64,000 bases of DNA from an uncultured Fibrobacterota bacterium (GCA_963729895.1 CAVSQB010000027.1:32001-96000); one strand, 5' to 3'. Numbered from the stretch's first letter, positions 49,075 to 58,925 are shown. Notes: generated by a model not told the origin, from the letters alone. Translations and numbers: made by a program.

Positions 49075-49460
49075 CCGGATTGCTGAGCCCGTGCAGCATT
49101 TGCAAATTTAAATTCTAATTCACATGGTATGCTGAGCCCGTGTGGCGAATATCTATATCAAGATAATATTTTTGTGTGTTGAGCCGGTGCGGCGATAACT
49201 AAGTCAACTAAGTACGATTCTGGTTTGCTGAGCCGGTGCGGCGTGGATGCACCCTTTGCAATATAAAGATAGTCATTCGGGCGCCCCGTCCCTACCGGGA
49301 CGGCGGCTCCACCCCTTCGGGTGCTTCGATGCGTCGTCCCTCTGGGCTCGGCCTACGGCCTCGGTGCCGGGCCGCCCTATGCCTACGGCCGGGTCGGCCG
49401 GCAATGTGCTCCGGCACGCCCTACGGTCCTGCCTGGCGCTGGACAGAAAGCTATTGCCAC
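49075..49460 (+). repeat. Mosaic intergenic element, copy F (4 repeat-spacer units)
   Basis: 18-bp units at 49081, 49130, 49177, 49226; GGGCGCCCCGTCCC module. Confidence 0.85.
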
Positions 49461-49564
49461 ATATCAAGGATTTGGCAGATTCAACGGCCAGAATCAATCA
49501 ACCCGCAACCGCCCGATAAAGTCTTCGATAAATTACTACGACTCTGACAGGGAGCAAGCGTTTT

Positions 49565-50125
49565 TTATCTTTCAATCCAAAATTCTGTATTGTATTGGTT
49601 GATTTCATTATTGAGATGGTTTTCCGAATCAACGGCCCAAAGCAAAGGATTATTACGGATATATTGGCGGATATTGAATAATGATTTTTCGTCCAGGATA
49701 ATATGGTCGTGATAATTCCGTTGCCATATTTTTTCAATCCCATTCCGCCGCATCGCGTTGATTCGTTTCGTTGATCGATATTTGAAATATGCCACCATGT
49801 TTCCCAACGTCGGTTTTCGCGCGGTTGGTTTTTCCGTATCACCGGTTGCATTCGTAACCCCGTCCGTCGCGTTTATAGGGGCGCGGTCATCGCGCCCCGT
49901 ATTTTGGTCATCGCGCCCCACGGGATTGCCCAATCCCGAAACAGGGCGCGATGACCGCGATGTTTCAGGTTGCCACGTTTCCATGGGGCGCGATGACCGC
50001 GCCCCTACGGATGCAAAATCCCGAATAATGATGATGCCATGAACGTGGTTCGGCATAATGGCGAATTCGTCCAAATGGATATGCGGATAATGTGATGGCA
50101 ATTCGTTCCAACAATGACGAATGTT
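49565..50125 (-). pseudogene. REP-associated tyrosine transposase (RAYT/TnpA-REP), 5'-truncated
   Basis: DEFAIMPNHVHGII (HUH), KIWQRNYHDHII, RQYIRNNP (Tyr); the N-terminal part is replaced by repeat DNA. Confidence 0.82.
49875..50008. repeat. GTAG-type REP doublet inside the RAYT coding sequence
   Basis: (A/G)TAGGGGCGCGGTCATCGCGCCCC in inverted pair plus two partial copies. Confidence 0.75.
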
Positions 50126-50129
50126 GTTT

Positions 50130-50470
50130 TCTCTTTCGCCATCAGCGCCGCCCCATGGGACCGGCGGATTGGTCCGCTCGCGTCGTTCAAGGCCGGCATC
50201 TTTTGAAGATTGGAAAAATGTCCTGCCGGACGCGTTCGCGAGCGGCCTGCCGGCCACATAGGTACCGGCGGAGCTGCGGGCGCGGCGTTCTTTGCTCACT
50301 TTCTTTCGCTGCAGAAAGAAAGTGAGTCTGGGTTCGGGAGTGAAGCTCCTGACTCGGTTGTTGCGCAGCCCCCCGGAGTACGCGGCGACCAGCGCCACTG
50401 CCGGCGCGGCGTTCTTTGCCTACTTTCTGTCGCTGCTGATAGAAAGTAGGTAGGGGTTCGGGGGCGAAAG
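50130..50470 (+). repeat. Mosaic hairpin modules (CGCCATCAGCG...; TTCTTTGCTCACTTTC...GAAAGTGAG)
   Basis: The same modules recur at 17161, 51437, 51570, 54080, 54920. Confidence 0.75.
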
Positions 50471-50645
50471 GGCAAGTGACATAATGGATGGTGCGAGCAC
50501 CACTACCATACCCTTACGAAACGATAGTGAGACCCTCCCGGCTCCGTTGTCAAGCGGCCCGGTGCGGAGGCCGAGGAGTTTTAGCGGAGCTGCAGGCGCG
50601 GCACGGAGCGCGGCGCCGGAAGCCGCCCCCTTAAAATTCTTGATA

Positions 50646-51107
50646 TCATTCATTCTCGCTTCTCTTTACTCTCTGTATCATCCCATCAAGACTCTGCAAA
50701 AACCTCGACCTGTCTTTTTTCCCGAATTGCGCGGGCCCGCCGGTTATTGTTCCGGATTCACGCAATTCTTTAAGGAGGTCCCTTGTCGCCAGCGAATCGC
50801 CAATATCCGAATCAGAAAATTCCTTGCCTGTCGTGCCCAAAACCAGGGCGCCTTTCTTGAGGCAGCGGGACGCCAGGGGAATGTCTCCGGAAATCACGAT
50901 GTCGTTTTCCTTGACGTTTTCAACGATCCAGTCGTCAGCGGCGTCGAGGTTGTCGCCGACGATAACGAGCTTGAGACATTTTTTCTCCGGCACCCGCATC
51001 CAGGAGTTTGCGACCAGCGTAACGTTGAGTTTGTACCGCTCCGCGACGTGATAGGTTTCCCGTTTTACAGGGCAGGCGTCGGCGTCTATGTATATGTTTA
51101 TTGGCAC
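50646..51107 (-). CDS. YaiI/YqxD (DUF188) family protein
   Basis: IYIDADACPVK, DAADDWI, DIPLASRCL, GGPAQF. Confidence 0.9.
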   Translation of the reverse strand: MPINIYIDADACPVKRETYHVAERYKLNVTLVANSWMRVPEKKCLKLVIVGDNLDAADDWIVENVKENDIVISGDIPLASRCLKKGALVLGTTGKEFSDSDIGDSLATRDLLKELRESGTITGGPAQFGKKDRSRFLQSLDGMIQRVKRSENE

Positions 51108-51175
51108 GTGATATCCCCTTTAGAATAATAAAATAAATTGGGCGTTTCCCCGCTTTGTAGAGAGGCAAAGGATCT

Positions 51176-51594
51176 GGGCGCCCCGCCACGTATGAAAGAC
51201 TTGGGCGTTCCCCTCGCTGCGCTCGGGTCGGTTCTCCTTCCGGTCTCGGGCGTTGCCTCGGGCTGCCACGGCCGTATGCCGCTTCGCCGCCGGTCCGGGC
51301 AGCATCCCGCTTTGGCGGGACCGCCAGTCGCCCCTAACGCGCGGCAATGGAATTCCTTTCAGTCAATTATTTCTATTTGCGCCAAACGGCATTTGCAATA
51401 AATCAATCATGGACCAACGCATCCTTCTTTTTTCTTCCCGCTATCAGCGACGGCCTGAGGGCCCAAGGTTTGGCCGCTCGTGCTGTTTGAACCCGGCATC
51501 TTTGATCAAAGCCTAGATTTATCCTGCCGGGTGAGTTCATGAGCGGCCCTTGGGCCCGAGGACAAGCCGGAGCTGCGGGCGCGGCGTTCTTTGC
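51176..51594 (+). repeat. About 420-bp direct repeat, copy 1 (mosaic element)
   Basis: Matches 54521-54946 with about six substitutions and one 7-bp indel. Confidence 0.9.
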
Positions 51595-51765
51595 TCACTT
51601 TCTTTCGCTGCAGAAAGAAAGTGAGTCTGGGTTCGGGAGTGAAGCTCCTGACTCGGTTGATGTGCGGCCCGGAGGCCGAAGGGTTCGGGAGTGTAGAATG
51701 CAAGTTTACAGACCGGATGAAAACGAACGTGGACCTATGGGTGTGCGCCGCTTGCGCAGATGTTG

Positions 51766-51945
51766 CTATTTCCTGTAGTCTTTCCGCTTTTCTTTTACGA
51801 CCATCTGTCTGATCGTCTTTCCGTTCTTATACACCACAAGGGGGGTGAACGTTGCTGCTGCGGTCCGCCGCGCCTGCCGAGCGGCGCGAAGCAACGCCGG
51901 TTTGACCTTGGCCATGTCTGCATCCTTGATTTTTATTGAGTTCAT
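51766..51945 (-). CDS. Small partner protein of the zeta-toxin-like ATPase (59 aa)
   Basis: MNSIKIKDADMAKVKPALLRAARQARRTAAATFTPLVVYKNGK...; ATGA overlap with the ATPase. Confidence 0.7.
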   Translation of the reverse strand: MNSIKIKDADMAKVKPALLRAARQARRTAAATFTPLVVYKNGKTIRQMVVKEKRKDYRK

Positions 51946-52472
51946 GGATTTTCACCCTCCTCAACCAGTTTCGGAGTTTCGGCCGAATTGTCGTAAACCG
52001 CCCATGTGTCAACAATATCCCGATAAATCAGACGAAAGTTTTTCTGCCCTGAGAAGAAACGACGTCGGATAACATCCGCCGGTACTGAATGGCCGCCCTG
52101 TTTGACCCGCACGGCCACGCGCTCGATGGCAATTTTTACATTGGGCAATTGTAAGAATATGAGTTTCACGCGAAACCCATGTTTTCGCCAGTGCGGAATC
52201 AGTCGCGCATAGACCGACCCGCTCAACGTGGTCTCAAAAGCGAAATTCTCACCTCGACGGAAATGCTCTTTTATTTCCTTAAGCATCAATCGTCCTGCCC
52301 GAATCGCGGCAACCTGGGGCCTGAAAGGCTCCAGCCCGGCGGCAATCAGGTCGGCATTTACAAACACAGGACACCCGGCCTCGTCCGGCAGGTATTCGCG
52401 TGCGAACGTCGTCTTCCCAGCTCCGTTCGGACCTGCAATAATGACGATTTTCTTTTCTGAATTGCGTGACAT
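51942..52472 (-). CDS. Zeta-toxin-like P-loop ATPase
   Basis: IAGPNGAGKTT, FVNADLIA, FAFETTLSG, RVAVRVKQGGH, VYDNS. Confidence 0.85.
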   Translation of the reverse strand: MSRNSEKKIVIIAGPNGAGKTTFAREYLPDEAGCPVFVNADLIAAGLEPFRPQVAAIRAGRLMLKEIKEHFRRGENFAFETTLSGSVYARLIPHWRKHGFRVKLIFLQLPNVKIAIERVAVRVKQGGHSVPADVIRRRFFSGQKNFRLIYRDIVDTWAVYDNSAETPKLVEEGENP

Positions 52473-52501
52473 CGTTTTCAACAAGGCCTAGGTTCTATTA
52501 A

Positions 52502-53795
52502 GGGGACCTCTAAAAATTCTGTAAAATAGTAGATTCCAAGATCATGTTGACAGATAGTATTATTTCGCGATGTCAGGGCGTCTATTTGTCTGATAGGTGC
52601 CCAAAACTGTTCTTTTTTCGGTCCCTTTGGGGGCCTTGTGCGGTCCTGTCCCGCTTTTCAGGCGTGGCACTCAAGATATGCAAAGCGTTTTATGTTGTAA
52701 ACCAGGTTCAGGAGTCCTATCTTCGCCGCGGCCCTCAGCCGCCCGATACACCTGATCCTGCCACGAAACATGATTTCTATTTGAGCAAACACATGTTCTA
52801 TACGCGATCTGACTTTGGATTTCTTCCGGTTCTGTGCCAATTGTGCTTCCGTCAATGGTGCGCCACGAGTCCCTTTGACACATATTTTGCTTCTGTACCA
52901 GAGATAATCAAGCCTTTGTTCCGCCTTTTCCGAATGATACGCGCTGTCGGCAAACACGTCCGCGTTCGTGTTCTCAGGATTAAGGAGAGGTTCAAGCATA
53001 TTGGAGTCGTGCACTTCTGCGGATGTCGCCGCATAGTCTCGAATGATTTTATGCTTCGCGTCTACCGACGCATGGTTCTTGTAGCCAAAAAACGTCTGAT
53101 CGTTCTTCTTCGTCCATCGCGCATCAACATCTTTCTGACGAAGTTTCTCAGGGTGCTTTTCCCATTCCTGCGGCGTGCCCCCGTTCTTGATTTCTTTATT
53201 CTCCTCCCGCGTGTTTCTCTGGCGAGGTACCTCGACAAAACTCGCATCTATTATTTGGCCTTTCTGGGCAGTGTAACCCGCTTCGTTCAACTGACGACCG
53301 AACAGGTCAAACAGCTTCTTGACAACGCCTGCTTGTGTCAGCGTTTCCCGAAACAACCAGACCGTTTTCTCGTCGGGAATGCTATCCTCGGAAGTGAGTT
53401 CAAGAAACCGTTTGAACGTCAATCGGTCCAGAATCTGAAACTGGGTTTGCGCATCGGAAAGCCCATACATCGTCTGCAACACGAGAATCTTGAACATCAG
53501 GATATAATCGTACGGTGGACGACCGGCGTTGCTCTTCCGTTCCTTGCGAAAAGCCTTGTCAATAACAGGACGAAAACTCTTCCAACGTATGGCCCGATTG
53601 ATGGTTTCAAGAGGGTCTCCCATTTCGGAAAGCTCGGAAAGGCGATTCTCAAGGTCAAAAAGGCCTATCTGTCCCATCGCAATATCCTCCAGACGGTAGT
53701 GGGTTCGCAGGTTTGTTGTCTGGAATTAAAATAATTGACGAAATAGCCTTTGTCAAGCATTAATTGGGCAAATTAGGCAATTTTTAGAGGTCCCC
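52502..53795 (-). mobile_element. IS5-family insertion sequence, copy 2 (1294 bp, inverted)
   Basis: Same IRs; TTAA duplication at 52498-52501 and 53796-53799; transposase identical to copy 1. Confidence 0.95.
52658..53677 (-). CDS. IS5-family transposase
   Basis: Protein identical to 14519-15538. Confidence 0.95.
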   Translation of the reverse strand: MGQIGLFDLENRLSELSEMGDPLETINRAIRWKSFRPVIDKAFRKERKSNAGRPPYDYILMFKILVLQTMYGLSDAQTQFQILDRLTFKRFLELTSEDSIPDEKTVWLFRETLTQAGVVKKLFDLFGRQLNEAGYTAQKGQIIDASFVEVPRQRNTREENKEIKNGGTPQEWEKHPEKLRQKDVDARWTKKNDQTFFGYKNHASVDAKHKIIRDYAATSAEVHDSNMLEPLLNPENTNADVFADSAYHSEKAEQRLDYLWYRSKICVKGTRGAPLTEAQLAQNRKKSKVRSRIEHVFAQIEIMFRGRIRCIGRLRAAAKIGLLNLVYNIKRFAYLECHA

Positions 53796-54242
53796 TTAAG
53801 AAAGATCAAGATCATTTTGAGCAAGAATCGTTAGATTTATCGCCTCAGGTAAAAATAATCAACGAGCGGCTATCGATGAGAATAAGTCTGGGCGTTTCCC
53901 TCCCCGTTCGTCTCCATACAGCCCGCGCTCCGCGCGGCCCGCTCGACGAACGGGTTACTGTCCCGCCGGTCATTGAGTAGATGCGAAGCATCGTATCGAA
54001 ATGCCGGCCTTCGGGGAGCGGCACTCGACAACCACGCGTGATTAGTCAACCGCAAACCTGAGTTGTTCCTGGTCTTGGTTCCCGCCATCAGCGACGCCCC
54101 CGACTCGGTTGCACCGCTGCGCGAGAGTGCCGGGCGCCCCGCTCATGTTAGAATCTTAAGAGCGACAGCCTCGTGATAATAATCTTGGTGGAGGCCCCGT
54201 ATTCTTTCCCAGAGGCGATCCGTCCGATGAAAGGGTCAAACA

Positions 54243-54497
54243 ATGACCAAAACTCCAGGCTATGTTCTCAGACCCAGGGGTAAAGCCGTGAATGCAACGT
54301 CTCCGGAGGCCGCGTCCATGGTTGCCGTGGAGATGAAAGCGGAACTGTTTGCCGCCTTGTTGGAGTTGCGGCAGAGGGTTCGCTTACGGGCCTATCAAAT
54401 TTTCCTTACCTGTGAGGGTGATTCCTGTGCGGCTAATGACAATTGGATCAAAGCAGAGCAAGAAGTGAAAGCGACGTCCCCGAGGCCGGAGGACTAG
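54243..54497 (+). CDS. DUF2934-domain small protein
   Basis: RVRLRAYQIF...NDNWIKAEQEV. Confidence 0.55.
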   Translation: MTKTPGYVLRPRGKAVNATSPEAASMVAVEMKAELFAALLELRQRVRLRAYQIFLTCEGDSCAANDNWIKAEQEVKATSPRPED

Positions 54498-54520
54498 CCG
54501 CTCGAAGGTAGGTCAAGAGT

Positions 54521-54946
54521 TGGGCGCCCCGCCACGCCGGAATATGAAAGACTTGGGCGTTCCCCTCGCTGCGCTCAGGTCGGTTCTCCTTCCGGTCTCG
54601 GGCGTTGCCTCGGGCTGCCACGGCCGTATGCCGCTTCGCCGCCGGTCCGGGCAGCATCCCGCTTTGGCGGGACCGCCAATCGCCCCTAACGCGCGGCAAT
54701 GGAATTCCTTTCAGTCAATTATTTCTATTTGCGCCAAACAGCATTTGCAATAAATCAATCATGGACCAACGCATCCTTCTTTTTTCTTCCCGCTATCAGC
54801 GACGGCCTGAGGGCCCAAGGTTTGGCCGCTCGTGTTGTTTGAGCCCGGCATCTTTGATCAGAGCCTAGATTTATCCTGCCGGGTGAGTTCATGAGCGGCC
54901 CTTGGGCCCGAGGACAAGCCGGAGCTGCGGGCGCGGCGTTCTTTGC
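54521..54946 (+). repeat. About 420-bp direct repeat, copy 2
   Basis: Matches 51176-51594. Confidence 0.9.
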
Positions 54947-55260
54947 CTACTTTCTGTCGCTGCAGACAGAAAGTAGGTAGGGGCTTGGGGGGACGCCCCC
55001 GACTCAGTTTTACTGTGGCACGGGGTTCCAAGGGGCGTTTGCTGCTGACAAGGGGTTCGGGGCTGACCGCCCCGACTCCGTTGCAGCGCGGCCCACGGCC
55101 TAACTTGTCTTAAGAGAAATACCAGACAACCAATGAAAAAAGCCCATCCCTCTTGAAAACAAAGTCTCAAGAGGAATAGGCCTTAGTAATGGCTGGCCGG
55201 ACAAGGACAGGGCCCGAACTCGCGGCTTGTGGCTCGATCGGGCCGCGCCCGTTCTTCCTC

Positions 55261-55821
55261 TTACGCCTTGGCTTCGGCCTGCCAGTGACCGTGGACCGTG
55301 CACAATTCAACCACGCGAATCTTTGCGCCCGCGGCCTTTGTGTAAAAGGTGGCGGCGGGATCGGCCCCCGTGGTAAGCATCATCCGCGCAAAATACTTGT
55401 CGTCCGCGTAGCAGTCGATGAACGCGATCCGGTGGGCTTCTTCCATGGGATGAAGCTTTTTCCCGATCCTTACTTCAACTTCGTAGGTGGGGGTTTCCGG
55501 GATCAGGCTGGATTTCTTTTTCACCGTGATGGCCGGTGTATGGGAGATTCCGGCATCTTTGTAATTTGAAATCGCATCCGTAAAAACGGTATTGTTTTCG
55601 GTAAATTTCTCCTTTGGAGAGTGGCACACCGGGCAAGTTTCGGGCGCCATGCCGAACTCCACGTGCCCGCACACGGTGCACACGTAAATGTCCTTGGCCA
55701 TGGGCATCGCCTCTTCTTTGCCGACGACCTCAAATACCGGTCCCGCAGCCATTACCGCGGCGCCGATAGCGGCCGCACCCAGAAACTCCCTGCGGCTGAC
55801 ATTGCTCTGTTCCAGATCCAT
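55261..55821 (-). CDS. Superoxide reductase/desulfoferrodoxin with rubredoxin-like domain and Tat-like leader
   Basis: SRREFL; CTVC...CPVC; SHTP, HPMEEAH, CTVHGHW ligands; RBS GGAGG. Confidence 0.85.
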   Translation of the reverse strand: MDLEQSNVSRREFLGAAAIGAAVMAAGPVFEVVGKEEAMPMAKDIYVCTVCGHVEFGMAPETCPVCHSPKEKFTENNTVFTDAISNYKDAGISHTPAITVKKKSSLIPETPTYEVEVRIGKKLHPMEEAHRIAFIDCYADDKYFARMMLTTGADPAATFYTKAAGAKIRVVELCTVHGHWQAEAKA

Positions 55822-56019
55822 AAACCCTCCTTTGGGATTTAAAATGAAGGTGAAGGAAAAAACACGCGAACATCGGTGCGTGAAAAGGGGTGAAAAGTGG
55901 TCATGGAGTGATAAGAAACCGCAATTACTATGCCAAGGAAAGGCGATTTGGAGGGTTTTTGGGGGGAAAATGATTCAGTTTCGTGGATTGGCTGGAGGGT
56001 TTGGCCGCTCGCATTAAGA

Positions 56020-56425
56020 TCAAATGCTTCTGGTTGGCTGAGCCGGGTGACACCATAGGTGGAGTAAATGGGTCAAGACTTGGGCGCCCCGTCCCCATCG
56101 GGACGGCGGCCCTTCCTCCACGCTCGGCCCGTCGGCCTCGGTACCGCCTGCCACTGTGGCCCTTCGGGCCGCGGTCAGGCGGCACTGCGCTTTAGCGCAC
56201 GTTCCAGTCCGGCCTGGCGCTTGGCAGAAGGCAATGTCCACAATTGTCAAGATCGATTCAATCGAATGGCTGAAAAGTTGACGATTTAGTTCGGTTGAGA
56301 ATTTTGCAACCGGGTGCCTGTAGGGTGCGCGCAGCGGAGGTTCCGGGCTTGCCGCCACTCCCTCCACGCTGCACCCGCTGGGCAACCCATAATATCATTT
56401 GGATATTTGCCGCACCGGCTTTCCT
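56020..56425 (-). repeat. Mosaic intergenic element, copy G (inverted)
   Basis: Reverse 18-bp units at about 56367 and 56408; end unit GGCTGAGCCGGGTGACACC at about 56036. Confidence 0.8.
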
Positions 56426-56522
56426 GCCATGCATCATAAGACGACCAAGCAATCTTGATTTAAGAAATGCATATTCCGGTTCCCATGATTATTTTAAGAA
56501 TGCAAACCACAATGGAGCCGCA

Positions 56523-57542
56523 ATGAACCAGGACGAAAACGCCCATGCAGACAATCCCCGTTTTGCAATTACCATGGGCGATCCGGCCGGCATCGGGCCG
56601 GAAATCGCGCTCAAGGCCCTTGCCTCACGCGATCTTCCCGTGGGATGCCGAATATTCATCATCGGCGATCTCGCCGTGCTCGAAGAAAACAGGCGGATCG
56701 TCCCTGCCGCTCCCTTGCTGCGCGCCATGGCATCTGTGGATGATTTCGGAGCCGGCGCCGTCAACGTCCTTGACATGAAGCAGGTCGGCCGCACGGATTT
56801 CTCGGTGGGGAAGCCGCAGGCGGCGTGCGGAAAAGCCTCATACGCCTACGTGCTGAAGGCCATTGAGCTCTGCATGAACAGACGGATCTGCGGCATGATA
56901 ACCAACCCGATAAGCAAGGAAGCCCTTCACCTGGCCGCTATCGATTTCCCGGGCCACACCGAAATTCTTGCCGCCCGCACCGGCGCCAAAGAATTCTCAA
57001 TGTTGTTCGCCGTGGAAAACGTGTACGTGGTGCACGTCACCACGCACGTGAGCCTCAGGGAAGCCCTGGGCCTTGTCACACGCGACAGGGTGCTCACCAA
57101 CATCCGGCTGCTCGACCGCACGCTGCACATGCTCGGCATGAAGTCGCCGCGGATCGCGGTGGGCGGACTCAACCCGCATGCGGGCGAAAACGGCCTGTTC
57201 GGCGACGAAGAGGCCCGTTTTATCGCACCGGCCGTGAACGCGGCCGTGCTCGAAGGCATCGGCGCCAGCGGCCCGTATTCGCCCGATACCGTGTTCATGC
57301 GCGCGTTCAAGGGCGAGTTCGACGGCGTTGTGTCGATGCTGCACGATCACGGGTTTGTCGCGCTCAAGTCCCGCGATTTTGAGAGCGGGGTCAATATCAC
57401 CGTCGGCCTGCCCATCATCCGCACCTCGGTGGGCCACGGCACCGCGTTCGACATCGCGGGAAAAGGCGTTGCGTCGGAGAAGAGTTTATTAGCCGCGATT
57501 AAAGCGGCCTTGATGCTATGGGAAAACAGGAACAAAGGATAA
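56523..57542 (+). CDS. pdxA: 4-hydroxythreonine-4-phosphate dehydrogenase (PdxA/PdxA2)
   Basis: GDPAGIGPE, PGHTE, VTTH, GLNPHAGE, HDHG, RTSVGHGTAFDIAG. Confidence 0.92.
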   Translation: MNQDENAHADNPRFAITMGDPAGIGPEIALKALASRDLPVGCRIFIIGDLAVLEENRRIVPAAPLLRAMASVDDFGAGAVNVLDMKQVGRTDFSVGKPQAACGKASYAYVLKAIELCMNRRICGMITNPISKEALHLAAIDFPGHTEILAARTGAKEFSMLFAVENVYVVHVTTHVSLREALGLVTRDRVLTNIRLLDRTLHMLGMKSPRIAVGGLNPHAGENGLFGDEEARFIAPAVNAAVLEGIGASGPYSPDTVFMRAFKGEFDGVVSMLHDHGFVALKSRDFESGVNITVGLPIIRTSVGHGTAFDIAGKGVASEKSLLAAIKAALMLWENRNKG

Positions 57543-57562
57543 TTAAAAATCGTAGAGAAAAA

Positions 57563-57600
57563 ATGGGCGCCCCGTCCCCGCCGGGACGGGGCGCCCAAAT
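57563..57600. terminator. Bidirectional hairpin between convergent genes (repeat-derived)
   Basis: TGGGCGCCCCGTCCC-CGCC-GGGACGGGGCGCCCA perfect stem. Confidence 0.7.
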
Positions 57601-57615
57601 CATTTTCCTTGAACG

Positions 57616-58440
57616 CTAATTGTCACTTGCACACCTGAACCCGATCATGCTGTCCCTGGCTTTCGGTTTTTCACTGCCGCGAGCGCCGCTGCGGATCTTC
57701 TTCGCATCGTCCATCCACGAGCCGCCCCGCAGTACCTGGAAACGCCCGGTGCTTGACAAAGGATTGTTGACCGCGCTCGTGCGATAAAAGGCATCGGAAA
57801 ACTTGTCGGCGCACCATTCCCGCACGTTGCCGAGCATGTCGTACAGACCTTTTGCGTTTGGCCGCTTTTGCCCCACGGGGTGCGTCCGGCGTCCCGCGTT
57901 GGAGGAGAACCACGCACAGGCGGTATCGGGCTCGTTTCCCCAGTAATATCGCGTATCGCTGCCGGCGCGCGCGGCGTATTCCCATTCCGCCTCGGTGGGC
58001 AGGCGCTTGCCGTTCTTTTCGCAGTATTCTTTGGCCTCGTCCCACGACACGTATTCCACCGGGCAATTGGGGCATTTTCCGAACACCGACGGGTTCTTTT
58101 TTGTCGCGCTTTCGTACTCGGCCTGCGTCACCTCGTAGCGGTCGATGTAGAACCCGCCGAGGCATACCCGGTGCGCCGGGTGCTCATCGGGATCACCCTC
58201 GCCTTCCGGGCTTCCCATCACAAAGCAGCCGCCCTCGATATGCGCCATGTTGATGTGGGACGGACCGGCGGGCGGTTCCGCGTGAAGCGCCTGCGCGTTG
58301 ATCGAAGAATCGGATTCGGAATCGGGCGCAGCGGTGTCGGACGCGCCGGGAAGATGGAGGTACATCTTCACGTCGTCGGCGCGGGCGGGCAGTGCCGCAA
58401 GACAGACGGCGGTTGACAGGATCGCAAATAGAAGTTTCAT
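57616..58440 (-). CDS. Secreted formylglycine-generating-enzyme (FGE-sulfatase/SUMF1) domain protein
   Basis: DEHPAH, YEVT, RLPTEAEWEYAAR, PNAKGLYDMLGNVREW, RGGSW, IGFRCA. Confidence 0.9.
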   Translation of the reverse strand: MKLLFAILSTAVCLAALPARADDVKMYLHLPGASDTAAPDSESDSSINAQALHAEPPAGPSHINMAHIEGGCFVMGSPEGEGDPDEHPAHRVCLGGFYIDRYEVTQAEYESATKKNPSVFGKCPNCPVEYVSWDEAKEYCEKNGKRLPTEAEWEYAARAGSDTRYYWGNEPDTACAWFSSNAGRRTHPVGQKRPNAKGLYDMLGNVREWCADKFSDAFYRTSAVNNPLSSTGRFQVLRGGSWMDDAKKIRSGARGSEKPKARDSMIGFRCASDN

Positions 58441-58519
58441 GGTGACCGATTCCCAAGGTGCTGAGAATTTATGCGCTTTAGCAAAAGAAAAGCTACGCCT
58501 CTGGGCTGATATCGAGATA

Positions 58520-58895
58520 AAGATTTGGGCGCCCCGCTGCTGTGCGGCAATATCGAAGTGGCGCCACGGATTGCCGAGCCGGGCGGCGAATATCAAGATC
58601 AGGATATTATTTTTGTTTGCTGAGCCGGTGCCGCGTAGAGTACCCTTGGCAAGCCCGTACCTTCGGTTGCGCGCACCGTAGCAGCACCCGGTTAATAAAT
58701 GCTCAGCTGCAAACAGCCACTGCCATCGATTCAACTCTTCAACTTCGGAGTGCTTCATTGCCCTTCACAACAGCACTTCGAGGGTGCCCCCCAGCCGAGG
58801 ATTGGATTCTCGCAAATAAACTTACTTGGGGGTCACCCGGCTCAGCCATCCAAATATATTGGATCTTGATTTTCCGGCCCAGCCATCCAAAAGCA
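58520..58895 (+). repeat. Mosaic intergenic element, copy H
   Basis: Units at 58572, 58618; module order like copy A; inverted end units at about 58833 and 58873. Confidence 0.85.
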
Positions 58896-58925
58896 TTTTC
58901 ATCATCCTTACACCTACCTATTACT

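Noticed and set aside
14401..53795. Composite transposon formed by the two IS5 copies
   Set aside because: Each copy has its own TTAA duplication and copy 1 interrupts a contiguous frame, so independent insertions are simpler
57616..58440. Diversity-generating retroelement target (FGE/CLec fold)
   Set aside because: No reverse transcriptase and no template repeat differing at adenines found in the window
46480..58895. Classical integron with attC sites
   Set aside because: No RYYYAAC...GTTRRRY attC pattern at gene ends and no IntI-type integrase seen
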